Origin: Pristiophorus japonicus | Taxonomy: Eukaryota | Reading direction: 5' to 3' | Assembly (NCBI RefSeq): GCF_044704955.1 | Contig: NC_091984.1 | Location: 147,126,001-147,190,000, forward strand | DNA: 64,000 nt | In this document: positions 63,196 through 64,000 of the stretch, in pieces | Layout of the letters: the number at the start of each line of letters is the position of its first letter | Position numbering within the stretch: the stretch's first letter is position 1 | The notes under the pieces: model-generated | What the model was told of the DNA's origin: nothing | Database searches by the model: none | The model's input: only the letters and a program-made list of their open reading frames with translations | Position numbers and translations under genes: made by a program

Positions 63196-64000
63196 TACAG
63201 TGATCAGTGAGGAGGATAGTGATTGGCTTCAAAACATAGACAGGCTGGTGGAATGGGCATTGACGTGGCGATGAAATTTAACGCAAAAAAGTGCAAAGTG
63301 ATACATTTTGGCAGAAAGAATGATGAGAGGAAATATAAACTAAAGATTACAATCCTAAAGCGGGTACATGAACATTGAGACCTGGAGGTATATGTGCACA
63401 CGTCATTGAATGTGGCAGGGCAGGTTGACCAAACGATTTCAAGAAAGCATACGGGATCCTGGGTTTCATAAATAGAGGCATCGAGTACAAAAGTGTGGAA
63501 ATTATGATGAACTTGTATAAAACACTGGTTTGGCCTCAACTGGAGTATTGTGTCCAAGGAGGTGAAAGCCTTGGAGAGGGTGCAGGGGGGATTTACAAGA
63601 GTGGTTCCAGGCATGAGGGACTTCAGTTACGTTGATAGATGGGAGAAGCTGGGATTGTTCTCCTTGGAGCAGAGAAGGTGGAGAGGAGATTTGATTGAGG
63701 TGTTCAAATCATGAGGGGTATGGGCAGAGTAGATAGAGAGAAACTGTTCCCATTGGCGGAAGGGTCGAGAACCAGAGGACACAGATTTAAGGTGATTTTG
63801 TAGAAGAACCAAAGGCGACATGAGGGAAAACTTTTTTACGCAGCGAGTGGCTAGGATCTGGAATGCTCTGCCTGAAAGGGTGGTGGAGGCAGACTCAATC
63901 ATGGCTTTCAAAAAGAGAATTGGATAAGTAAACATAGAAACATAGGGCCCAAGTTTCCACAAGAAAAAAAACGGGCGCCCCTCCGAGCAGGTCGCCTGTT

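Noticed and set aside
47964-64000. J segment upstream of C
   Set aside because: No FGxGT motif with an RSS was seen on either strand; it is probably outside the window or deleted.

Overview
Eukaryotic, repeat-dense genomic DNA, most likely from a cartilaginous fish (shark). This is inferred from shark-type CR1/SINE/Harbinger repeats and an NS4/kappa-like Ig light chain. Host genes are: an unrearranged Ig kappa-type V (promoter, frameshifted leader, V exon, 12-bp RSS; + strand, 30378-31088); a kappa-type C exon on the opposite strand (47653-47963); a C-less duplicate of the C 3' region (about 6963-13005 copies about 41830-47480); and a two-exon GPR139-like GPCR pseudogene (2336-2435 and 22989-23898). 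No J segment was found. The rest is CR1/RTE LINE fragments, two Gypsy LTR elements, an env-bearing ERV, a solo LTR, DNA transposon remnants and minisatellites. Most notable is a 3.35-kb Gypsy element with intact ends (16600-19949; paired LTRs, PBS, PPT, AGCTC target-site duplication). Its RT/integrase is replaced by RNA-binding cargo: a processed CIRBP-like RRM fragment, an antisense ORF with an NLS and an ADAD-like dsRNA-binding domain, and an unknown Cys/His ORF ending in the PPT. Also notable are two copies of a poly(A)-tailed retroposon built from U2 snRNA pieces in permuted order. Family assignments were made by eye from remembered motifs; no database search was run.
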